Below are positions 9,535 through 20,570 of a DNA stretch of 64,000 bases, in pieces; the stretch's first letter is position 1, and each line of letters starts with the position of its first letter. The stretch is from positions 30,692,001 to 30,756,000 of the forward strand of contig OZ076409.1 of NCBI GenBank assembly GCA_964187785.1. Direction: 5' to 3'. The stretch comes from Amphiscolops sp. MND2022. Taxonomy: Eukaryota. The translations under genes were made by a program, and so were the position numbers. The notes beneath the pieces were generated by a model, which saw only the letters and a program-made list of their open reading frames with translations, was not told the DNA's origin and made no database searches.

Positions 9535-10431
9535 ATGACATCTTCTTCTTCTGTGCCAACGGCATACCCTCTTCTAAATCAACTCCTTGATTCTGCATTG
9601 CCATTTCCTGTCTCCTCCACATCTTCTACATTCATTCTTCCAACAGTCGCCACTACTTCTTCATCATCTACATCTTCCACTGCTGTTTCTGTCATACCCT
9701 CTGTTGCATCTGTAACATCTGCTCTTTCATCTTCACCCATCTCTTCTTCCGCCAATACTTCTGGTGTAAATACTACAGCCTCCACTACATCTGTCCCACC
9801 TCCAATTCCAGTGCTTTCTTCTACTTCGTCTCCAACTCCATCAATCAAACTTCCTTTCTTCATTCATCCTCAAGATGCTGTCGCCACTTCCCCACATTTT
9901 CAACAACATTCGGCCGTCCGCCAATTGACTCGTGATCTCCAGCAGAAGAAGCCAAAACATCCAAAACGTCTCCACTTGCCATCAGAAATAATTCAACAAC
10001 CTGTCCGCCGTCTGGTCCACAGTGTGGTCTATAAACAGAAATTGAACAAGTATATAACTGCTCTCCAAGTATATGAAAAACATCTTGATGAACTTATTGC
10101 ACAAACTACATTCGAATTAGATAAACTTAATAATACACCCCCTCTTTCCAAATTACGAAAATTTAAAACAACTCAACCTATGCAATTATCCCCTCTTTCT
10201 ATTCAAATACCTCCAAATAATTGCTGTAATTACTATAATTGTTTCCCTTCTAATCCCCTCCATTGTTCCCATGTTCCCCTCGCATATACTATGCATTCCC
10301 ATTTTCCTCCCCCCCCACCTTCCCCAGCATTAATTCCAATTCGTGTTGAACCAATAACCCCCACTTTTCAACCTCCCTCCCCTTTGAATGATTTAGACCC
10401 GCTAGTAACGTCACTGAACGATGTTGATTAA
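9535..10431 (+). CDS. Accessory ORF5, 298 aa, unknown: Ser/Thr-rich N-terminus, central coiled-coil-like helix, Cys/His cluster, Pro-rich C-terminus
   Basis: Intact ORF; KQKLNKYITALQVYEKHLDELIAQTTFELDKL helix; NNCCNYYNCFPSNPLHCSH cluster; preceded by a pyrimidine tract and AG at 9531-9532. Confidence 0.7.
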   Translation: MTSSSSVPTAYPLLNQLLDSALPFPVSSTSSTFILPTVATTSSSSTSSTAVSVIPSVASVTSALSSSPISSSANTSGVNTTASTTSVPPPIPVLSSTSSPTPSIKLPFFIHPQDAVATSPHFQQHSAVRQLTRDLQQKKPKHPKRLHLPSEIIQQPVRRLVHSVVYKQKLNKYITALQVYEKHLDELIAQTTFELDKLNNTPPLSKLRKFKTTQPMQLSPLSIQIPPNNCCNYYNCFPSNPLHCSHVPLAYTMHSHFPPPPPSPALIPIRVEPITPTFQPPSPLNDLDPLVTSLNDVD

Positions 10432-11754
10432 TATTGTTTGTTCAAACATTTTTGGAAATTTATATCACATTTTTGATCATATTTACTTTGTTTGGTTTTG
10501 AACATTTCTTTTAACCCCCCCCCACATTTTCTTGACCCTCCTCACGCCTATTATTGTGCTATGCTTTTCATTTTTCCTCAACTTTTAAAAATTTCCACCC
10601 TCAAATTCCCACTTTTTATTTCAAACATTTGCTTATAACTTCGGTTCTAAAAACTCAATTCCCCAAAATTCTATCTTAGCATGTTGTTTTGATCTCCCCT
10701 CCTCTCCAATACTGGAGCTATCCCTTATTTTCACTTTTCTTCACTATGAAACAAACTTTTTAATCATAATTTACAACCATTTTTCTCTTCCTTCCCGACA
10801 AATTTTGAATTCACTCCTCTTTTATTTCAATTCTACCCAATTTCTTCTTTTCATCCTACTCCTACTAGATCATATATTAAAACCAACTTACCTCAATATC
10901 TCACTTTTCTTCGCTTTCTTTTAGACACAAAAATTCGCGTGATCAAACCATTTCTTTCTTTTTTTTTAATTGACAACATACCTGCCACGTGATATAATTT
11001 TGATCAACTCTTGACTCATATGGCTTTGTTTTCGCTCAAATTTGCTTCTGCCACCGCCTTTTGCTTTGAAGATTCTAACGTCTCATTTTAGTTGATTAAA
11101 AAGGCCATAAGATCAACGCTTAGTTATCAAACAACTAAGAATCTTCGGCTTCTTGATAGAATTTTCTTGTCAATTAGGCTGTCAAAATCTTGCCATATCT
11201 CAATTTTTTCTCTCACCCTCCTTGTCAATCAAACTTTTACCGCCTCGGAAGATACTAAAATCCTGAAAATACTAACTCATTCGTCCTGTACAAAAATTTC
11301 ATGAAACCTGAAATCATTTTACTGAATTCGTACCCAATATAAAAAAGTCGCATTTCAAATAATGAATTGAAAATAACTAAAAGTTAAAACTTTATTCTCT
11401 GTTCTTCCATGTATTTAGAACCTCGGAACTAAGGTTAATAACCTACTCTCTTGAAGACACGTTTCTTTATACTAAAAAACTTAAAATTCCCCGCCCGTAA
11501 CTCACGAAAGGAAAGATATGAAGACAACTCAAACATGAAAAATTTTCACAAATATATGAAGACAACGTTTAAAACAAAAACTCTTAATGCAAGATTATTA
11601 AAATTCCTCCTTTTTCTCTTTCTCTAAACATATTAAACCAAACTTCAACCTTTTAATAAAACTCCAAATTTCAAGATATCTTTTAACAAAAACTCCAAAA
11701 TTTTTCTTCCTTTCCTTTTTTTTCAAAACCCGGTCGGATGATATACCAGATATA

Positions 11755-12061
11755 TGTTGTGTAGTGCTGTATCGTCCCCCCAACTCCCCTTATGTCTAGA
11801 CTTCTAGACTTCATAATAAATGTACTCCGTCTCATCAATGTATCTGATTAATATTCTAGATGTAAACTTAATGTACCCACTTAATATTCTGTACAATGCA
11901 CTTTGATTTAGACACAACTAAAATTCATTCTTCACCAACCAGTTGTCTTCCCTTAAGACCTAATATCTGCAGCTCTGTTAGTGTCTCTTAAAGTACTAAG
12001 ATCATTTGGACACTCTATCTCAGTAACACCGATCTATAAGAACAAAACAAGTACTTTAACA
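11755..12061 (+). repeat. Candidate 3' LTR
   Basis: TGTT...AACA inverted termini, AATAAA at 11815-11820, and a composition switch into an unrelated ORF right after 12061. No canonical polypurine tract, and the 5' LTR is not in the window. Confidence 0.5.
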
Positions 12062-14332
12062 TGCTAACAGAAATGTGCAGTGCTCGCAATATCGAATTCT
12101 ACCTATGCGCACCTAACTTACGCGTCAGAAAAGACGACTTACGTCCTGCTGCAGTCACAGTACACGCATACTTGGCAGTAATATCACGCCTATTGCAACC
12201 AGTGGAACGTGGTGGCAATGCCCAACTAACGTGGGACGATGCAATATACTTTGACCATGGAATGCGTCTAGGCACGCTAACCTTCGATGAAACAGGAAAA
12301 GAAAGCGAATTGGCTCAGAAGCAACCATTGCAGAACGCGAGAATATGCGCAGATACAACTGGCTGGTCCGCGAAGCACATCCCAACACCATCAAGGCAGA
12401 CCTTGCATCAGTCTGGGATCAACTAAATCGATGGCCACTTAACCGTGAGGTCGAAAGGACCATTCCCCAAATTCAATTTGCCGACAACACGGAAATTATC
12501 AAAATGCCACTGGGCATCAGGCACATTGTAGCCCATGAAGCCGTGACCCTTAGCAATTTGGTCCAAGCCAAAAAGGCCACTTACGTGGATTGGTATAACG
12601 ATCGCCTAGCCACAGTCACTCTAGAAATGACCGCACGACCCTATCTGTCTCTTTCCATGCCTTGCTGACAAGTTTTGGATTGGGTTGGCATATGGACGTC
12701 ATTGCAGACGAGTTCAACCTGACCGATGGACAGCTGCAAAGACTCACTGAAACACTTAAAGAAACTTCGGAAAACGAGGTGTTAGCCCTTGCGCTAGCCC
12801 TTGAGCCTACCAAGTTTGTAGCTGGACCACTAGCCATCGTTGTAGACTTGGTCACATCCGGTGGAGTGCTAGAATTCTACACCTACCTAGTCTTGGCTCA
12901 AGGAAAACTAACCAGCTTGCTTGGGTGTGGAGAACTTCTCTTCACACAAAACGGGCACAACTACACCGAGCATTTGTTCCGAATGAGAGCTTCCGTGCAA
13001 CACTGGCTCTAGTCCACACTGATCTATGCATCAGGATTATTTGTAGGAGTGGACCAAGCTCAACCCCTACACGATCCGGACGCGCAGTTGCCTCCTGAAA
13101 ACCCGGGATTTCCGATGTCGCAACAATTGGCTGACCTGACGCTAGCCGAAGTAGAACTCTTAGCTCCCGTTTTAATTCCAATCTTTGGAGCTCTTGGACT
13201 ACTACGCTATCCAACCAAGCCAGCAGTATCCCTAGCAGTGCATGTTGCAACGGTATCCATCTTCACGTACCTTCAAGGAAGCCCGCCTATGAGCTATGCA
13301 CAAATGATACGAGAAACCTACAGTGGCGAAGTACCTCGAGCGTATACCACTGCCAAGACTGAGCAACAAGTGGAGGAAAATATGATGGGTGTTATCCGTG
13401 CCCGCTCGCGCAAAGCCGCCGTCTTACCAAGGGAATACGGTCCCATCAACTGGTACAATGCTCCTGTTGACTTGAATGGACAACCATTCCGGTTTCCTTG
13501 GTCGTCAGACTTTATCAAGAAAGTGATAAATCCCTGCTTGCAGCTCAGCCCGCATGACCGTTTGGACTACAAGTTCAAATTCATCCAGGTACCCAATCGC
13601 TACTGGAAAGAGCCAGTAGGCTACCCTCGCGCACGCCCAATTGGACGCGGGAAGGTATTGCTGGATCACCAATTACGGCACTTAGACGTGGCCAATGTAC
13701 CCAAATGGGATCACGTGGCGGCACTAGTGCGTGATCGCAACCTGTCACGTAGAATATCCCCCTTACAATACGAGCCTGTCTGGCGCCCACAAGGACGCAT
13801 GACCATGTCCGGAGATATGCCGTTGTCGTTATTGGACATAGTGAACCAGGTGTTAGGCGCAGAAATGCGCGCCGAATGGGACGAGGAATGCCTCAATCTG
13901 GAAGTCAGCAAATTCGACGTATGGAAACAAGCTTGCGCACTCTGGAAGCAAGCTGGCTGGGTATCAAAACGTGTAGCCCTGGCAGCCAACCACCGTGCTG
14001 AACAAGAACGTGTTGCTCGATATGCGCCACAACAGTCACAGCCTCCTACTATGGCGATGTCATTGGAGCAACCATTGACGGTAGAAGCTTATACCAATGA
14101 AGCGGAAGTTACAGCAGATAACACAGCTATGCCTGTAACTCCTAGTCCTTCTGGAGAACATGCAGCAGAGCTGACCCCAAATGTAGAGCTGGCAGAACCC
14201 ATCGGTGATCTCACTATTGATACCGATGTCGAAACTGTTGTGCCTTCGCCAGTCCGACGAGCGTCAGTAAGCGATGCGTCACCTCCAAGAGAAATCTCTC
14301 CTCGAAGCAGGAACAAATCTGCTATTCAATGA
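12062..14332 (+). pseudogene. Decayed large unknown ORF (about 750 codons), 5'-truncated by the LTR element; probably an accessory gene of another mobile element
   Basis: Track ORFs 12061-12426, 12345-12668, 12662-13012 and 13049-14332 chain via two frameshifts and one in-frame TAG (13010-13012). Confidence 0.65.
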
Positions 14333-15879
14333 ACCGTCGACGTTTTAACGAACCTGATGCTTTATCAATCAATCAAGGGAAGCTAGGCCTTCTGTGATGA
14401 AAACTCCAAAAAAACTTTTAGTTAACTGCTGTTAGTTAGACATTTTGATTTAGATTTACGCCTCGGGTGTATGGCCATAGAGTGCGCCTGCCCCTTGTGC
14501 TAGCATTACGTTAACAAAGCTCTTGAAAAAAGACATGATCAAGCAAACAATGTTTTCTTTCAACAAACGCCTTTGGCGTTGTCAAAAAAAAGGAGAAAAC
14601 CAGGTGCGAGGGCATAGTCGCCAAAAAAAATTTTAATCAATACCCTTTAGCTGAGTCTTGTACACTCTACCGACTGTCTGTTTGTAAACGGAGCTTATAC
14701 GCTCCTGAGAAAAGATGTTTTAAACGAAAACTGCAAAAAATAGATCTCTACAAAAACTGAAACGAAGACATTTTAGCAGGCACTTGCCGCAAAAGACATT
14801 TTAGTCCTCAACAGTGCTAAAAATGGCCTAAGCCACCTTAGAAGCTCAAGCTCTCGAGCTGGTGCTACGAACGTCTTGATTTTTTTGTAAAAATATTAGG
14901 TCTAAAAAAATATTAGTAAAATTGCAATAAGATCCGAAAAGGCAATGTCTCAAAAGTAGCTGTTCTATACAACGGCACATCAACTTCAAGATGTATCCAC
15001 AGCATGGGCAATGTCCTGTCTTCAGACGAAAACCCCCGATGCTTGCCAGGGACGACAAGCCAGGAGCCCAGGGAGTGGATGTAACGGCACCCTGTGACCA
15101 ACGAAATTTTCGAAGTTTGACGATTTTCTGCAAATTTTGTTCAAAAGTGACGTGGCCCTCAAACATGTGTTCACGAAAAACCAGTCCCGCAAAAATAAAG
15201 AGAGCGTGGATCAACAAGGCCCGCGAAGCGGAAAAAAAGTGACACAACGACAAGAGAAGTGCGTACAACGTCGCGAAATCGAAAAATCGTAAGCCTATGC
15301 GCTAATTCCCACGGTATCCATCGAGAATCAGACGGAATCAGCATGTCCGAGTGATTGCAGCGCCCGGACCCAGGGTTGTGTCGATCCCAAGAACCAGTGC
15401 CATGCCACCCAGAGTGATTTTAGACTTGCCAAACTGGTTTTTCTTGCCCCTTTGATGTGTTAATCAATTGTTTGATGAATTCTTTAATTCGAGAGCTACC
15501 TCTGTTAATGTTAATGTCATTTATGATGGATTTCCATCTGGACCATTTCTTTCAGTTCTATGCAGCTTAACCCAATTTCTACAGGCTATTTACACAGTGG
15601 ATACGAGGAAAAAAGCGTATTTCATGTGACTAGTAGCAGTTACAGACCGGAACCGGTCAGAAAGCATCCTTAGAGACGGTTCTCCCTTCTCGGGACCGGC
15701 ACTCCCTAGGAGGACGAAATGAACTGGAATCATGGCGATCAGTCCCGGATCATTACCTATGGCTTCAGTTCCTCCGCCCTGCGTAGCAGATAAACGCTAA
15801 GCGCTTTTTGTTACATGAGATCTTATTGAGTAGGTTCGAGAAAGTTAACTTGAAAGAAGCGTAAACTTTTAACTTGCCA

Positions 15880-18800
15880 GAAGGAGAAATCAGAGTCGCT
15901 CAGATGTGCAGGAGCAACTTAGTGATCATAATTGCGGTCCTGTTGGAATTGAAATATTTCAGAAGTTGTGGAAGTCATGTTAAAAAAAGAGAACTTTAGC
16001 TTTATATTGCGGGTGAGTTTTAGGATACTCAAAGGACATTGTGTTAGATTGAGAAGGCGTTTCTTAATGAGTGTAAGGTTGGAGGTAAGGTACCAAAAGA
16101 TAGGATTGTTCAACATATCGTATTCTTTGAGGTAATATATTATTACGTTATTGAGAGTGACGTGAGTGTTAGTAGGAGGAGGTGTAGTTGATTGAGGAGT
16201 TCAAAATTTTTTGAGTTTTTTGTAGAAAAAAGGATTAGAGTTAGTACTAGAAACTGTAGATAGAAGGGGAGTATGGTATGACGAGCATTGTATAGTGTTA
16301 TCGGAAGTGTTAGCCATTACAGTGTTTCAGACGTATGAGGAGGTGCATTGAAGTGAGGAGTGGTTTAGTCTTGAGCCTGGTCAGAAAATTCGAAAATACC
16401 AGGTTCAGGAGAAAATTCGGGGAACAAGAATCGATGCTTGAAAGCAATTATTTTTCAAAGTTAGAGGAAGTCAATTTCACAAGAGTAATTTTTTTGTATT
16501 CTTAAAAAGTAGCGGTTGTAGCAGGAAAACAAGTGACTGAAGAAGGCAGGAGAAAAGTGATTTTAGACGAGAAGAGTAGACAAGACGAATAGACAAGGCG
16601 AGTAGTGTTTAGAGACTTTCAGGAGGTTATTCGATTTTGGCCTTATCTGATATCAAGAAATTATCATTCGGTTTAATTTGCGAGATGACGAGGATGAAAT
16701 TTAGTTTATTGCCATGAATTGTGTTCAGGCGAATCATTAGGCGAAATGTGAAACGTTGTGCCCTTTTGAGTGAGCGAGTGAACGAGTAGGATGATGGTGA
16801 CGCTATGTTGGAGAATCTTTTTTGAGGAAGAGAGGTTGATGTTAAAGATAGAGACGATCTTTGCATGGGGGTTTTGCTTTTGAATTTCGGTAACTTTTTA
16901 TCAAAGTTACTTGCATGTTTAGCTTTAGAGTTCTCTTGTGTAGGCTCACTTCGTTGAGAAGAATCTGAATAAAAATCAAAATCAGAGTCTACTGTTTGGA
17001 TCATTGTTGTGGTTTTGGTTCTGAAAAACATGAGGGAAATGTTGTGTCTTGAGGAATGCGTTTGGAATTGAAAGGCCTGTATCACTGGGGAATGTGTTCA
17101 AACAAATTTGAAAAAAGGGTGCTATGGAAAACTACATCCCACAAAATGTTAAAATATAACATTGGTAACCAAAAGTTTTGATGAAAGCATCAGCAAACCA
17201 TTCAGATGTAAAAAGAAGGACTGAAATTCAACATAAACTCATGAAAACCCATCCGAAGTGATTTGTGAGGATTATCAGAGAGATTTCCGAGGAGTTGTAA
17301 AGTGTTATCACAATTTTTAGTGGAAAGAATACGAATCCAAAAAAGCCTGAGTACCTTTTGAGAAGAGTTTCCTGCTTTTTGATGAGAAAGGTGTGAAGGT
17401 GTTTGGGCTAAAAGCTGTTTCGATTTTTTCAGTTCAAAAAAATTTGGAGGTTTTTTAAAATAGGTTCAGGAGTTAAAACACAAAAGTGGTCGATGTCTGG
17501 GTCAAGAGCGTAACGGAGCATTTTGAAAAATGTTTTCTCACAAAATTTCGTTAGCGTATTCAAATTTTTGTCGAGTAATATGATGAACAAACGTAACTAT
17601 ATCAAAGTAATATTCAGGCCTTCTTCAGCTATGTATAATGGAGAGATGTGATGAAGGTCATCATAAAACCAGGACGTAGAGCCTTCTACATAAAAAAGTT
17701 ACCACAAATATGAGTGAGGAGAAAACTAGCTAAGTGTGGATTTTTAACAAACAAGGCGAATAATGAGAAGAAATGGGTTCTTTCGACAGCGCAGACTCTT
17801 TGTGAGGTATTGAGTTCTGCGATAGTCATAGTTTTAGTCTAATGAAGTGTATGTAACAGTGTTACCTTGACCTTGAATCCCAAGTGTAAATTGGTTATCT
17901 TAATCAACAAGAATCGGATGTTAAAAATTTTTGAGTAATTAATACTTCTTTTGTAGTAGTTAATACTACTTCTTTTGTTTTACTAAATGTTAATTTGTTT
18001 TTTGGAATTGTCTGATTGTAGTTGGGTGAGTTCATATTGTGGTGGTAACATTTTAAGTTATGGTTGGCAAATTTTGTTTGTAATAGTAGAGAAGTCTCGA
18101 CTGAGCATGTCAGCAACAGCTGAATCGGTACCAACGGTATGTGTAATCCGAAAGTTGGCGAATTTGGTTCATAGCGTTTGACCTATACATTGTCCAGGAG
18201 TGTTTTTGCCTTATCGAGCGAGGAGAAAATTGGATTTTGGTCAAGGAGAAGCGTATTTGAAAGTTTTGAACCAATTATGATATATGCATTTATGGTGAGG
18301 GCATGTAATAGCGGAAAGATCTAGGTCATATGATGAAAGATTTTGTTCCTGAGTGTTTATGATTCGGTTGTTATAAGTACTTGTTTTTGTTAGTGTTAGC
18401 TTGAACAAAACGTGCACTAAAACCAAATAAGGATGCGTCTATTGTGATGTAGAAAGTGTGGGAAGTATTAGGGTAGCAAGGACAGCATCTTTTGAAAAAG
18501 AATATTCAGTTGCGTCGAAGTGTTTGTCTAGTTCAAAAGGAGTCTCGTCAGGGAGGATAATATGAACACGTTTGAGTGAGATGTGAAGTTTGTTAACAAA
18601 CCTTGAGTAGAACATCATAAGAAGATAAAGAAGATTTAACAAGCAAGAGGATTTTCTAGAAAAGTAAGCTTCTTCAGAAAGTCAGAAATATGGAGAGTAA
18701 AGAATGTGAGAGTTTAAATATCATTACTGTGGATTTGTAGTAGATCTTAATGTGTACGATAAGTTTTGAATTTGTGAGTGGGATTTCATAACAGGTCAGT

Positions 18801-19950
18801 GATAGGGGCAGTTTCAACTTAAGGACGGACGAAAGAGCTTTGGAATATCTGTAACGAATTTCTCTGTGGAGCCAGAGAAGACCTTATTGCAACCGTTTGG
18901 ATTGACAGTTTGGAGTACAACGCGGAACGAGTAGATGGGATGAGAAGGCTTGAGTTTGGAATCACAACTCAAGAGTGTTAAAATGGAATGACTTGAGGAG
19001 GATGCAGTTGAGGTGCATTATGAGTTTCTTCAGGATTGTTTGTGGTTACAAGAAACCTTCCTATTGTTTTTTGAAAACCTAAAGGAGCGTTTGACAATAA
19101 TGAAATGCAATTGGGTGATCGAGTGATGTTTAATTTCAAGAGGTAGTATCAAAGCAGTGGGCATGATCATCAAGAGGAGAAACAGCAAGTTTTTACAAAT
19201 TGGAGTAAAATTTTTCAACTTTGGAAGCGATATAAATTGGTAGGAAATCAACTTTCAGATTACGCGTTTCATGGGTAACAGAAAGAGGACAAGTTGGGTC
19301 AAGATCGGGACTTAGGATGTAATTTTGTTTAACAGGTTAATAGTTGCGCATTATGCCGATTGTATTTAGGTGAATAAAAAATAATAAGGTTAGTATGCGA
19401 AAGGTAAAGAAGTGAATTTGTGCTTCGGAAAAAAACATTTTGAGGGTATTTTTCTCAAGGAAGAAGATATGTGTTTAATGGAGTCTTTTTTCAATAGACG
19501 AAGAAGTAGGTAATCCATTCAGCTTGGTATTGAGGACATATTGATTAGGTTTGCGAAAGGTAAATTGAAATTTGGAAGAAGCGCAATTTTCCAATTTGCC
19601 AGAACGAAAGTTCAAAAAGTCGCTCAGATATGCAAGAGCAACTTAGTGACAGTAATTGCGGTCTTGTGGGAATCGAAATTTATTAGAATTGGAGTCAAGT
19701 GTGGAAAAAGATTGTCTTTTTATTGAGGGTGCGTTTCATGATGTTCAAAGGGCACTGTATTACATTTTGAAGATTTTTTCACTGGGTGTAAGGTTAGAGG
19801 TAAGATACCAGAAGATAGGAGCGTTCATTATACCATATTTTATATGAGGTATTAAATCGTTATCAATAGTGATGTGAAGGTTGGTTAGTGGAGGTCAAGA
19901 ACGTGGATTTCTTGGTCGAAGAAAGAAGTTTGGAGTTAGTACTAGAAATT
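15880..19950 (-). mobile_element. Degenerate, rearranged relative of the env-bearing element (ORF4 - pol piece - env C-half - ORF4 N-part)
   Basis: G-rich plus strand. The reverse complement gives degenerate matches to env (NPHKSLRMGFHEFMLN, WFADAFIK), to pol (NQFTLGIQGQGNTVTYTSLD) and to ORF4 twice. Confidence 0.85.
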
Positions 19951-20450
19951 GTCACTTTACTCCTAGAAACCACCTCCGATCACCAAGGCTCGAAAATTCC
20001 GTTCCGAGAATATCGATGGACAGGACCCTATATTGTGGAAAGAGTCTTACCGAATGAAAACTACATAGTTCGAAAACTCAATTCCAACAAAACACAAAGT
20101 TTACACCGCATCAGACTACGCAAATACGAACCGAACACCGTCCTACAGGACATTAGACCAGAAGGTAACTTACAACCGGACGAAGAGATCATTATTCCGC
20201 AGGACGATTTGTATGTTATTACTTGGGAAACCAATTTTGGCGAATTTACCGATTCAGCTGGAAAAGTCACAATTCCTAGACGCTTCTACTGATCTAGCGG
20301 ATGACGCCGGTACGCCAGACGAAAATTTCACCGACGTGGACCTTAGGTCTACTGAGCCACACGAAATGGACAACTCTGATTTGCCTGAACAAATACGTTC
20401 AGACCGCACGAATGAACCTATTGATGACCAACATACATCTTTTCTGGGAC
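19950..20450 (+). pseudogene. Fragment of a second Gypsy family: integrase C-terminal GPY/F region
   Basis: HQGSKIPFREYRWTGPYIVERVLPNENYIVRKLNSNKTQSLHRIRLRKY followed by a frameshifted acidic tail. Confidence 0.85.
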
Positions 20451-20570
20451 TTGACTGACTCTCGAACTAACAAAGCAATTCATCACAACGCAACAAAGTA
20501 TAATACAATAACAAAAAACAAGTTTACATAAACAGAAGTTTGAGTAAATACAATTGTACTCTATGTACAA

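Larger units (their letters stand above)
1..12061 (+). mobile_element. 3' part of a Gypsy/Metaviridae LTR retroelement carrying an env-like gene and three accessory ORFs (5' end lies outside the window)
   Basis: Integrase ORF followed by four co-oriented long ORFs, all sharing one extreme C/T-rich, G-poor plus-strand composition that stops abruptly near 12061. Confidence 0.88.
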
